A stretch of DNA of 64,000 bases from Nitrospirota bacterium. Lineage in GTDB: Bacteria; Nitrospirota; UBA9217. This document shows, in pieces, positions 1-12,828 of the stretch. A program made the position numbers and the translations under genes. The stretch covers positions 64,001 through 128,000 of the forward strand of contig CAVUHW010000012.1 in assembly GCA_963741205.1 (NCBI GenBank). Direction: 5' to 3'. The number at the start of each line of letters is the position of its first letter. The stretch's first letter is position 1. The notes below the pieces were generated by a model. That model was not told where the DNA came from, did no database searches, and saw nothing but the letters and a program-made list of their open reading frames with translations.

Positions 1-1833
<1,833 letters not shown>

Positions 1834-1914
1834 GTTTTCCCGCATATCCGTAATTCGAATTTCTAAATCCTGATGAGCTTCGAATTTCGGACTTCGAAAT
1901 TCGTGCTTGTTTTG

Positions 1915-4399
<2,485 letters not shown>

Positions 4400-4507
4400 T
4401 CAAACAAGCTCCAAATTCCAAATTGTAAATTCCCAACGGCGCTGTTCTTTGGTTATTGGTTCATTGTAATTTATTGGTGATTTGGTACTTGGAATTCAGT
4501 GCTTCCC

Positions 4508-5628
4508 CTACACCCTCATGGGCATGACGACGCACTTGTAGTGCTCGTTCGCCGTCCTCGGTGATGAGGCAGGGGCTCAAGGGGTCGCTCAGCTCGAGCG
4601 CGACGTTCTCCCGGTCCATGGCCGTGAGCACATCCATGAGGTAGCGGGAGTTGAACCCGATGGCGATGTCCTCGCCCTGGTAGTCCACGCCGAGCTCTTC
4701 GTTCGCTTCTCCGACTTCCGGGTTGTTCGTGGAGAGAACCAGCCGGTCCTTTTCGAGCTGCAGCTTTCACGGCGTTCGTCTTTTCCTTTGACAGGATCGA
4801 GACCCGCTTGACCGCATGGGTGAGCACTTCTTTGGAGACCGTCACTTTCTTCGTGCTCTTCGTGGGCAGAACCTGGAGATAGTTGGGGTAATTGCCGTCG
4901 ATGAGCTTCGACACCATGACGAGCCCGTCCCGTTTGAAGAGCGCATGGTTCTTGCTGAAACCCGAGCCGAAGCTCGGTCTGGGGCGCATCTTCCTCGAGG
5001 AGCCGCCGCAGCTCCATCATGGCCTTCTTGGGGATGATGATGCTCTCTTCCTTGTGCTTGGCATCGACCACGCGGTCGATCATGGAAAGCCGGTGGCCGT
5101 CGGTGCCGACCATGCGGATCTTGAGGCCTTGCTTGGCCTGGGTCATGTGCACGAACAGGCCGTTCAGCACGTACCGCGCGTCGTTTTCTCCGACGGAGTA
5201 GAGGGTCTTCCTGATCATGTCCCGGAGGGTCGTCGCCGTCAATGGCGATCATGCCCTCCTCCGCCACATCGGGAAGCGCGGGATACTCGTCCTTGGGCAG
5301 GCCCACCAGCTTGAACTGCGAATGGCCCGACAGGATCTTGACCCAGTTGCCGTCCTCAACATTGATCTGAACGTCCTCTGCCGGAAGCTCCCGGACGATC
5401 TCGTACATCTTCTTTGCGGATACGGTGACCGCCCCGGGTTTCTCGACCTCCGCGGCATAGCGGCCGCGCAGCCCGATCTCAAGATCCGTGGCGATGATCT
5501 CGATGACTCTTGCCTTCGGCGGTGAGGAGCATGTTCGAGAGGATGGGCATGGTGTTCTTTTTTTCCACGACGCCCTGGATTCTCTGCAACCCTTTCAGGA
5601 TTTCCTCTTTCTTGATTGTCAGTTTCAT
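4508..5628 (-). CDS. dnaN: DNA polymerase III beta clamp (frameshifted)
   Basis: Starts [32 protein letters not shown]; [14 protein letters not shown] and IGFNSRYL motifs; ends VMPMRV; lies downstream of dnaA. Confidence 0.95.
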
Positions 5629-5717
5629 CTAGGGAAGCCTCCTGTCACATCCAAGAATAATATCAGAATACCGTTCAAATAGCAATAAAAATGTTTCGCC
5701 ATTTTACCCTTTATGTT

Positions 5718-7046
5718 TCAATGCTTTATCTGCCTAATCAACATCTCTATTCTGGCCCTGAGTTCGGGGTCTTTTTCTTTCTTTTCCTCGATCACTTTGA
5801 CTGCGTGGATCACGGTGCTGTGGTCCTTGCCGCCGAAGAAATTTCCGATCTCCGGGAGCGAGGAGTTGGCCAGAGTGCGGCAGAGATACATCGCCACCTG
5901 CCGGGGAAGCACCACGGCCTTCGTGCGGCGCTTTGACTTCAAGTCGGAAATCTTGACGCCGAAGGATTCGGCCACGACCTTTTGAACAAGCTCGTTCGTG
6001 ATGATTCTTTCCCTGCTGTCGAGCAGGTATTTCAGCTCGTTCTTGGCGAGCTCCTGGGTGATCTCCGTATTCGTGAGCGACGAGACCGCGCCGAGCTTGA
6101 CGAGCCCTCCTTCGAGCTCCCGGATATTGTTCTTCATCATGGATGCCAGAAATTCCGCGACATCGTCGGGCAGCCGGATACCCCAGAAATCCGCTTTTTT
6201 CTTGAGGATCGCGATCCTCGTCTCCAGGTCCGGCGCCTGGATGTCCGAGATCAAGCCCGATTCGAACCGGGAACGGAGACGTTCTTCAATGTCCGGGATC
6301 TCCTTGGGCTGGCGGTCGCTGGTAAGCACGATCTGTTTCTGCGCCTCGTAGAGGGCGTTGAAGGTATGGAAAAACTCTTCCTGCGTCCGCTCCTTGCCGG
6401 CAATGAACTGGATGTCATCGATGAGCAGGATATCCATGTTCCGGTATTTCTGCCGGAACTCCTCCATCCGCTGGTGGCTCATGCGGTTGATCAGTTCGTT
6501 CGTGAACTGCTCTGACGAAAGGTAGGCGACCTTGGTCCGCGGCGATCTGCTCTGGATGTGGTGGCCGATGGCGTTCACGAGGTGGGTCTTGCCCAGACCC
6601 ACGCCGCTGTAGATGAAAAGGGGATTATAGGCCCTGCCGGGCGCATCGGCCACGGCCTTGGCCGCCGCATGCGCGAATTGGTTGCTCGGCCCGACAACAA
6701 AGGTGCTGAAGGTGTATTTCTTCTCAAAGAGGCCGATCTTTTCCTCACGGCCCTCTTTTTTCTCTTCCTTCGCCTGGCGAACTGCTTTTTTCGCCTGCTG
6801 GGGCTGGACAAAAAAGTCAATTTCCATGTCTTCTCTCTTCGTGACTTCCTTGATAACATCGGTTAGCGTTCCCCAGTGGTGCTCTTTGATCCAGTCGCGG
6901 TGAAATTTGCTCGGCACTTCTATTAAAAGCTTGTTGCCGTCAATGGACAGGAGTTTCGACTGGCTGAACCAGGTGTCGTAACCCTGCTTAGACATTCGGT
7001 TTTCAATCAGCAGCAGTATCTCTTCCCAAACTCTTTCCTGATCCAT
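5718..7046 (-). CDS. dnaA: Chromosomal replication initiator DnaA
   Basis: Intact ORF with YNPLFIYSGVGLGKTHL, LLIDDIQF, RLRSRF and GGKDHSTVIHA. Confidence 0.99.
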   Translation of the reverse strand: MDQERVWEEILLLIENRMSKQGYDTWFSQSKLLSIDGNKLLIEVPSKFHRDWIKEHHWGTLTDVIKEVTKREDMEIDFFVQPQQAKKAVRQAKEEKKEGREEKIGLFEKKYTFSTFVVGPSNQFAHAAAKAVADAPGRAYNPLFIYSGVGLGKTHLVNAIGHHIQSRSPRTKVAYLSSEQFTNELINRMSHQRMEEFRQKYRNMDILLIDDIQFIAGKERTQEEFFHTFNALYEAQKQIVLTSDRQPKEIPDIEERLRSRFESGLISDIQAPDLETRIAILKKKADFWGIRLPDDVAEFLASMMKNNIRELEGGLVKLGAVSSLTNTEITQELAKNELKYLLDSRERIITNELVQKVVAESFGVKISDLKSKRRTKAVVLPRQVAMYLCRTLANSSLPEIGNFFGGKDHSTVIHAVKVIEEKKEKDPELRARIEMLIRQIKH

Positions 7047-7093
7047 AGATACCCCGAAAATACCCGGAAAAACAGCCCTGGTTACAAACATGC

Positions 7094-7113
7094 TTATCCA
7101 CAGGTGTGAATAA
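7094..7113. promoter_or_regulatory. Pair of inverted DnaA boxes upstream of dnaA (autoregulation or part of the origin)
   Basis: TTATCCACA at 7094-7102 and TGTGAATAA at 7105-7113. Confidence 0.8.
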
Positions 7114-7511
7114 CGATATTATTATAATATTTTCGAGATGTTATGCTTGCATTAGGAGGTTGGTTGTCCGCTTTTTAATGCCGTATTTATTGCGTATTTT
7201 TAACTGTCTCTGAAATGAGCGGGCTTAGCACACATCTTGCAAATTTTGACATTCTCCGAAGTCCGATAATACCAGCGAGGCGAAACTATACCAGAACAGC
7301 GTACTTTCTGGCAAGGTATTTTTACGGCAGAACGCGAAGCAATGATACGCTCGGCTGTCGACCACGCCGGTGATAGTTAAGAGGCGGCAATCATGGAAAA
7401 CTGCACTCTCCGATGCTGGGCTGCATTTGTTTCTCGCAGCAATCATGGCAGAACATTTGTCGCAGAATTCGTCCGTTGAGGATCAATCCGTAATTTCGTT
7501 TAAAAAATTGC

Positions 7512-7540
7512 TTGACTTCGCAACTATGCGCAGGTAGAAT
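7512..7540 (+). promoter_or_regulatory. Sigma-70 promoter for tusA-dsrE2
   Basis: TTGACT-17 bp-TAGAAT, 66 bp upstream of the tusA start. Confidence 0.6.
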
Positions 7541-7605
7541 AGAACATTTGTTTCTAGACCCACCAAAAAAATAACATTTTATTACACTATCGGAGGTGTC
7601 TTACT

Positions 7606-7848
7606 ATGTCAGCAGATATCAAGTTTGATCAGGTGCTTGATGCAAAGGGCCTAAGCTGTCCGCTTCCCATCTTAAAGACCAAAAAAGCCGTAGAATCGCT
7701 GACCAAGGGCCAAGTGCTTAAGGTCGAGTCGACCGATCCGGGGTCGAAGAACGACATGGCAGCCTGGGCAAAAAGAACGGGAAATGAAATCGTAAAGATG
7801 GAGGAGGGTGCCGGGACGTTCACCTTCTACATTAAGAAAACGGCATAA
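7606..7848 (+). CDS. tusA: Sulfur carrier, TusA/SirA family
   Basis: LDAKGLSCPLP motif, 80 aa, GGAGG ribosome-binding site. Confidence 0.9.
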   Translation: MSADIKFDQVLDAKGLSCPLPILKTKKAVESLTKGQVLKVESTDPGSKNDMAAWAKRTGNEIVKMEEGAGTFTFYIKKTA

Positions 7849-7863
7849 TAAGAGGAGCATACG

Positions 7864-8337
7864 ATGGCTAATAAAAAAATGACGATCATTGCTTCAAAGG
7901 GTTCGCTGGACATGGCCTATCCTCCCCTCATCCTCGCAACCACGGCAGCAGCCATGGATGTTGACGTAACGATATTTTTCACGTTCTTCGGGCTTGACAT
8001 CATAAAAAAGGGCAATGCTGACAAGCTCAAAATTTCACCCATCGGCAATCCGGCCATGCCGATGCCCGTGCCGATCCCGACGCTCGTCGGATCGCTTCCC
8101 GGCATGGAGGCCATGGCAACCGCAATGATGAAGTCCAAGTTCAGCAAGCACGGCGTCGCGACCATCGGCCAGCTGCTCGATCTCGCCAGGAAAGCGGCGT
8201 AAAGATGATCGCCTGCCAGATGACCATGGATGTCATGGGCGTCAAGCAGTCGGACATGATCGACGGCGTGGAGTTCGCGGGCGCCGCAGCATGGCTGGAT
8301 ATCGCTGCTGACGCGCGACATCAATCTGTTCATATAA
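7864..8337 (+). CDS. DsrE2/DrsH-like sulfurtransferase (frameshifted)
   Basis: GSLDMAYPPLILA..FFTFFGL plus IACQMTMDVMG and ..INLFI in adjacent frames. Confidence 0.85.
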
Positions 8338-8365
8338 ATAACCGTCGTTTCAGGAATTGTTATCG

Positions 8366-8399
8366 AAAACCGGTCCCCTCAACAGGACCGGTTTTTTTA
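8366..8399 (+). terminator. Rho-independent terminator
   Basis: AAAACCGGTCC-loop-GGACCGGTTTTTTT. Confidence 0.75.
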
Positions 8400-8446
8400 T
8401 TTCGGCTCTCTGGACATTTCCTGTCGTTTATGTTAAAACCTGTTTC

Positions 8447-8792
8447 ATGATCATTCCTGCCGACCTCAAATACGACGAGAAAGGCCTCATCCCCGCGGTG
8501 ATCCAGGACTGGACAAACCGGCGAGGTCCTCATGGTCGCCTACATGAACGCCGAGTCCCTCAAGCGGACCGTCGAGACGGGGCTCACCTGGTTCTGGAGC
8601 CGGTCCCGTCAGAAGTTCTGGCAAAAGGGCGAGACCTCCGGCCACGTCCAGCGGGTAAAGGACATTCTCTACGACTGCGATCAGGATACGCTGCTCATCA
8701 AGGTGGAACAGACCGGTCCCGCCTGCCATACCGGATCGCGATGCTGCTTCTTCAGAAGTTTTTCCGGGAGCGCCGGGGAGAAGAAATCGTGA
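8447..8792 (+). CDS. hisI: Phosphoribosyl-AMP cyclohydrolase (frameshift near 8520)
   Basis: [30 protein letters not shown] and [10 protein letters not shown] motifs. Confidence 0.93.
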
Positions 8793-9142
8793 GCCTCGAT
8801 CCCAACTGCATCTTCTGCAAGATCATCGAAAAAAAGGTCCCCTCAAAAATCGTGTACGAGGACGAGCTCGTGACCGCCTTCGAAGACGCGAACCCGCAGG
8901 CCCCCGTCCACACCCTGGTCGTGCCCAAAAAACACATTCCCGACATTCACAGCATGACCGAGGCGGACCGGGAGCTCGTCGGGCACCTCTTTTTCACGGC
9001 GCGGAAGGTCGCGGAAAACAAGGGCCTTGACTCGAAAGGCTACCGCATGGTGATCAACAACGGCCGCGACGCCGGCCAGACCGTGTTCCATATCCACCTT
9101 CATCTTCTTTCCGGACGCCGGTTCTCCTGGCCTCCGGGATAA
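8789..9142 (+). CDS. HIT (histidine triad) nucleotide-binding protein
   Basis: CIFCKII N-terminus and [12 protein letters not shown]; GTG start overlaps the hisI stop. Confidence 0.92.
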   Translation: MSLDPNCIFCKIIEKKVPSKIVYEDELVTAFEDANPQAPVHTLVVPKKHIPDIHSMTEADRELVGHLFFTARKVAENKGLDSKGYRMVINNGRDAGQTVFHIHLHLLSGRRFSWPPG

Positions 9143-9149
9143 TAACAAC

Positions 9150-9380
9150 GTCCTGTGAGTAGTTGATGAACAACCTGTGCAGAACTCAGGGAAGCCGGTT
9201 ATCAACAATACTGTCCGCAGAGATTCACAGACAACGACATCACTTTTTCTTTTCTTTTTTATTTTCCCTTTCAATCGGTTTGTCGATGTTCCAACATATC
9301 CACAGCGCCTACTACTACAACTACTATTTTATTAATATATATTAATAATAGATTCTTACTGCCGGCACCTGTCGATAACC
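9150..9380. other. Probable oriC with basal unwinding system
   Basis: Degenerate DnaA boxes (TTATCAACA 9199, ATATCCACA 9296, TGTCGATAA 9370), then GCGC, CTA/CAA trio repeats 9309-9326 and an AT-only tract 9327-9350. Confidence 0.8.
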
Positions 9381-9490
9381 GTCGGCATGATACGCCGTTC
9401 GATTCAGGATTAACACCGGCATAAAAATATTTTATTAGATATGCGAGGATAAGCATGGTATTCTTAATATCGTCAAAACTGACTCACCGG

Positions 9491-9572
9491 GTCATTCCCG
9501 AGGGTTGAATCGGGAATACGTTTTTTACGTTCTGAATAATCCGTATCCCTGATAGAATCATTCGGGGATGAC
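9491..9572. repeat. REP/dRS3-like bipartite palindromic repeat, copy 1
   Basis: GTCATTCCCG..CGGGAAT...ATCCCTGATAGAATCATTCGGGGATGAC; near-identical right half at 56251-56279. Confidence 0.7.
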
Positions 9573-9614
9573 GGCAGAGGAACTATCATCACGGCACCAA
9601 CAAGGAGGCGCACG

Positions 9615-9989
9615 ATGGAAAACAAAGAGTTTGTTTTTATTCTGACCCATTCGTATGATGCGATCGAACGTTCGGCGGCGGCGCTGCAGCTTGCAACCAA
9701 CATGGTGGCCTTCGATGCAAAGATCGATTTCTTTCTGATGAACGAAGGAGTCCATCTCGCGCGCAAGGGATTCGCCGAATCCGTATCGTGGCAGCACGGT
9801 TTTTCGCCTGTCGCTGAACTCATGAAAAGCCTGGTCGAGGATTTCGACTGTAAGTTCTACATCTGCGCATCCTGCGTGAAACCCTACGGACTAGAAGGCG
9901 CGGAGTTCATCAAGAATTCGGAAGTGAAACCCGGTTCCTTTCTCGGCGAGATGTTGATGAAGCGGCAGGGGCTCCTAACGTTCGCGTAG
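9615..9989 (+). CDS. DsrE family protein
   Basis: FFLMNEGV..A.KG and YICASC motifs, 124 aa. Confidence 0.8.
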   Translation: MENKEFVFILTHSYDAIERSAAALQLATNMVAFDAKIDFFLMNEGVHLARKGFAESVSWQHGFSPVAELMKSLVEDFDCKFYICASCVKPYGLEGAEFIKNSEVKPGSFLGEMLMKRQGLLTFA

Positions 9990-10102
9990 GTTTCAAATCA
10001 GCGGAATGATATGCTTTTATTGATTGTCAGATGGCCATCAATATCCGTGTTCCGTAGTTACAATATGCCGTAAGATAATGTTCAAAATGGTGCAATCCTG
10101 CC

Positions 10103-10678
10103 ATGAAAAACATCGCGAATTTCCTGTTTGAGGCGGGCATGCTGAAGCGCACGCCGAGGAGCGGTTTTCAGTTTCTCGGTTCCGGCGCGGAGTCCGTGGC
10201 GGAGCATATCTTCCGGACCACGTATATCGCTTATGCCCTCGGAAAACTGGCGTCGGGCGTCGATGTAGACCGCATGATCAAGATGTGCCTGTTCCACGAT
10301 CTGCCGGAGGCGCGGACGGGCGACCTCAACTACGTGAACAAAAAATATGTTGAGGCGAACGAGAAAAAAGCGGTGGAAGACCTCGCGCAGACGCTGCCGT
10401 TCGGAAGCGAGATCCGCGAATTGATTCTTGAATTCATCGAGGGAAACACGGAAGAGGCAAAACTGGCACGAGATGCGGACCAGCTCGAGATGATCCTCGC
10501 GCTGAAGGAGTACAAGGACCTCGGAAACAAATACGCGGACGAGTGGCTGGAGTTTTCACTCAAGCGGCTGCAGACGGATGCCGCGCGCGATCTGGCAAAG
10601 ACCATTCTTGAAACCGATTCATCGCTGTGGTGGTTCAGCGACAAGGGTGATTGGTGGGTCAGCGGCGGCAAGCGTTGA
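10103..10678 (+). CDS. HD-domain phosphohydrolase (YfbR-like 5'-deoxynucleotidase)
   Basis: LKRTPRSG, ESVAEH, HDLPEARTGD and DADQLE motifs. Confidence 0.88.
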   Translation: MKNIANFLFEAGMLKRTPRSGFQFLGSGAESVAEHIFRTTYIAYALGKLASGVDVDRMIKMCLFHDLPEARTGDLNYVNKKYVEANEKKAVEDLAQTLPFGSEIRELILEFIEGNTEEAKLARDADQLEMILALKEYKDLGNKYADEWLEFSLKRLQTDAARDLAKTILETDSSLWWFSDKGDWWVSGGKR

Positions 10679-11293
10679 GAGCCTGTAATAGGCGGATCCG
10701 GTTGTTGTCCGCTCGTTGATGTCGATGCGGTAAATGCGGCTTCCTGCCCTTTGGTAGTGTTCAATAAGCGGCGCTGTCCGCTCCTCGTATATTCTGAGTT
10801 TTTTTTCGATCAACGCCTGTTCATCGTCCGCGCGCCCGACCCTGTCCCCTCCGGTATTTTCCCCGATCCTCTGGAGAACTGACTCAACGGAACAGTCAAG
10901 AACCACGAGCGAGTGGACCGTGGCGATCGATGCGACGTCCTTTGCCTGGCCTTCGTGGCGCGGAATGCCGTTCAGGACCAGCACATCGCCGGGACGGAAG
11001 CGGGAGCGTTCAAGGAACAGACGGATGATCTTCTTCGCGAGAACAAAGTGCTCGTTCTCGAGAAGCAAGCCACGATCAAGCACTCCGATGATGAATTCCC
11101 GCTCCTCTCGCGTATAGGAAGAGGCGCCGATGCCCGATGCAATGGAGCGGAGTTCGGAGCCGAAGTCCAGATGATGGGTCCTTCTGCCGAGAAAACCGCG
11201 CGATGCGAGAATATCGCCGAGCGGGCTTTTTCCTGAACCGGTCGGCCCGAGGAGCAGGATGGCATCGATGGGGTAGGTGTATTGAGTTGTCAT
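10619..11293 (-). CDS. Adenylate kinase-like nucleoside monophosphate kinase
   Basis: P-loop GPTGSGKS, LNGIPR, R.DD and YEERTAPLIEHY. Confidence 0.8.
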   Translation of the reverse strand: MTTQYTYPIDAILLLGPTGSGKSPLGDILASRGFLGRRTHHLDFGSELRSIASGIGASSYTREEREFIIGVLDRGLLLENEHFVLAKKIIRLFLERSRFRPGDVLVLNGIPRHEGQAKDVASIATVHSLVVLDCSVESVLQRIGENTGGDRVGRADDEQALIEKKLRIYEERTAPLIEHYQRAGSRIYRIDINERTTTGSAYYRLSTLAAADPPITLVAEPPQR

Positions 11294-11368
11294 GCTTCAT
11301 GACTCCTGGGTTCCCGCTGGAGCCCGCCCCGGCATGATTTAAGCAGCGGGGGCGACAGACGGCTTTTT

Positions 11369-11797
11369 TCATCGTTTTCTCTTTTTAAGGCTTTCGAGGC
11401 TCTTCTTTGATGCGATGGTGAGCCTGTCTTCGGGAATCTCGTCGATTGCGAACCAGCCGATCTCGTCGCATTTGTGCGGCTCCCGGATGCGGGGAGTGCC
11501 GCTCGCGATCCCGCACAGGAACGAGGGCGAAACCCAGTGCTGCTGTTCCTCCGGGATGAGGTGGTTTACGACATCGAGGAGTTCCAGAACCACGATCTCG
11601 ATGCCGTACTCTTCCCTGACCTCGCGCGCGAGCGCATGTTCGAGGGTCTCTCCGAACTCGACGCCGCCTCCGGGAAATTCCCATCTTCCCGATTCGTTCT
11701 TCGCCTCCTTGCCTCGTTTGGCGAGAAAGACACGGCCCCCGGAGTCGAAGATCACGGCGCCGACGCCCACGCCGATATAATCGATACCTTTTTTCAT
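11369..11797 (-). CDS. NUDIX hydrolase
   Basis: Nudix box GGGVEFGETLEHALAREVREEYG. Confidence 0.9.
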   Translation of the reverse strand: MKKGIDYIGVGVGAVIFDSGGRVFLAKRGKEAKNESGRWEFPGGGVEFGETLEHALAREVREEYGIEIVVLELLDVVNHLIPEEQQHWVSPSFLCGIASGTPRIREPHKCDEIGWFAIDEIPEDRLTIASKKSLESLKKRKR

Positions 11798-11822
11798 TGG
11801 TTGTCCCGGTAACACCCAGAGT

Positions 11823-11928
11823 AACCACGGGTCCTGACAGAGTCAGGACACACAGAGAAACACAGTTAAAGAAGTTCAAACGAAGTTGTACGTTACCGTG
11901 TGTTCCGCGCTTCGCGGAACCTGTGGTT
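11823..11928. repeat. AACCAC..GTGGTT inverted-repeat intergenic element, copy 1
   Basis: Terminal inverted repeats, each followed by an internal hairpin; related copies at 30283 and 38161. Confidence 0.6.
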
Positions 11929-12008
11929 CCAATCCGACGCTCGGTTCTGTCGCAATCTACCAAAAATGCGGGACAAAGTCAAAACCCTGTTTCCACATGG
12001 TTTTTTGC

Positions 12009-12036
12009 TTGACATTGTTTCGTTTTGGCTTATAAT
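12009..12036 (+). promoter_or_regulatory. Consensus sigma-70 promoter of the rpmH operon
   Basis: TTGACA-16 bp-TATAAT. Confidence 0.8.
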
Positions 12037-12077
12037 ACCCCCCTGTTAATAATATCCATACGAAGGAGTAAGCTACG

Positions 12078-12215
12078 ATGTCGGAAACAACAGCACAAAA
12101 AAGCAATCTCAAACAGAAGCGGGCGCAGGGCTTCCGCAAGCGGATGCAATCGCCGACGGGACGGGAAGTCCTCAACCGCCGCAGGGCCAAGGGAAGAAAG
12201 CGTCTCGCCGTATAG
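12078..12215 (+). CDS. rpmH: 50S ribosomal protein L34 (absent from the supplied ORF track)
   Basis: My translation: [45 protein letters not shown]; AAGGAG ribosome-binding site; directly upstream of rnpA. Confidence 0.93.
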   Translation: MSETTAQKSNLKQKRAQGFRKRMQSPTGREVLNRRRAKGRKRLAV

Positions 12216-12235
12216 CACCCCGCGGGATGTGACCC

Positions 12236-12610
12236 ATGCCGTACGCATACCGGAAAAGCGAGCGAATAAGAAAAAATACGGAATTTGTCTCTACGATGAA
12301 AGGAAAAAGACTGTCATTCGACGGTCTTTCTCTTTTTTATACGAATAACGATACGGGTAATTTCAGGGTGGGGATCTCCGTCAGCAAAAAGCTGGCAAAT
12401 GCGGTCAAGAGAAACAGGTTGAGGCGGCGGATACGGAACAGCGTCATGAAGGCGCTCGCGGGACATTCGCTGGGGTATGATCTGGTCTTCGTGGCGCGCC
12501 GGGAGATCACCACGGCGGGGTATGAGAAAATCATGAAGACCGTAGAGGCCGTTCTTCGAAGAACGGCCCTTCAGAGCCCCGCGCAACGCGGGGAAGGCAC
12601 AAGACCGTGA
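12236..12610 (+). CDS. rnpA: Ribonuclease P protein component
   Basis: RVGISVSKKLANAVKRNRLRR (RNR motif). Confidence 0.95.
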   Translation: MPYAYRKSERIRKNTEFVSTMKGKRLSFDGLSLFYTNNDTGNFRVGISVSKKLANAVKRNRLRRRIRNSVMKALAGHSLGYDLVFVARREITTAGYEKIMKTVEAVLRRTALQSPAQRGEGTRP

Positions 12611-12816
12611 ACCGCTTTTTCATCGCCGTCATCCGCCGATACCGGCGTTATATTTCCCCGTTCCTGCCGCAAGCCTGCCGGTTCACTCCCACGTGTTCCG
12701 AATACGCCATCGAGGCCTTTGAGAAGAAGAGCGCGATGCGGGCGCTCTGGATGACTGCCCTGAGGATCGCGAAGTGCCACCCCTTTCATCCCGGCGGATA
12801 CGACCCTGTACGTTAA
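12607..12816 (+). CDS. yidD: Membrane protein insertion efficiency factor YidD
   Basis: CRFTPTCSEY and CHPFHPGGYDPV. Confidence 0.95.
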   Translation: MNRFFIAVIRRYRRYISPFLPQACRFTPTCSEYAIEAFEKKSAMRALWMTALRIAKCHPFHPGGYDPVR

Positions 12817-12828
12817 TCCGGAGGATTC

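Noticed and set aside
5629-5717. oriC in the dnaA-dnaN spacer
   Set aside because: The spacer is about 90 bp with no DnaA box or trios; the module at 9296-9350 fits far better.
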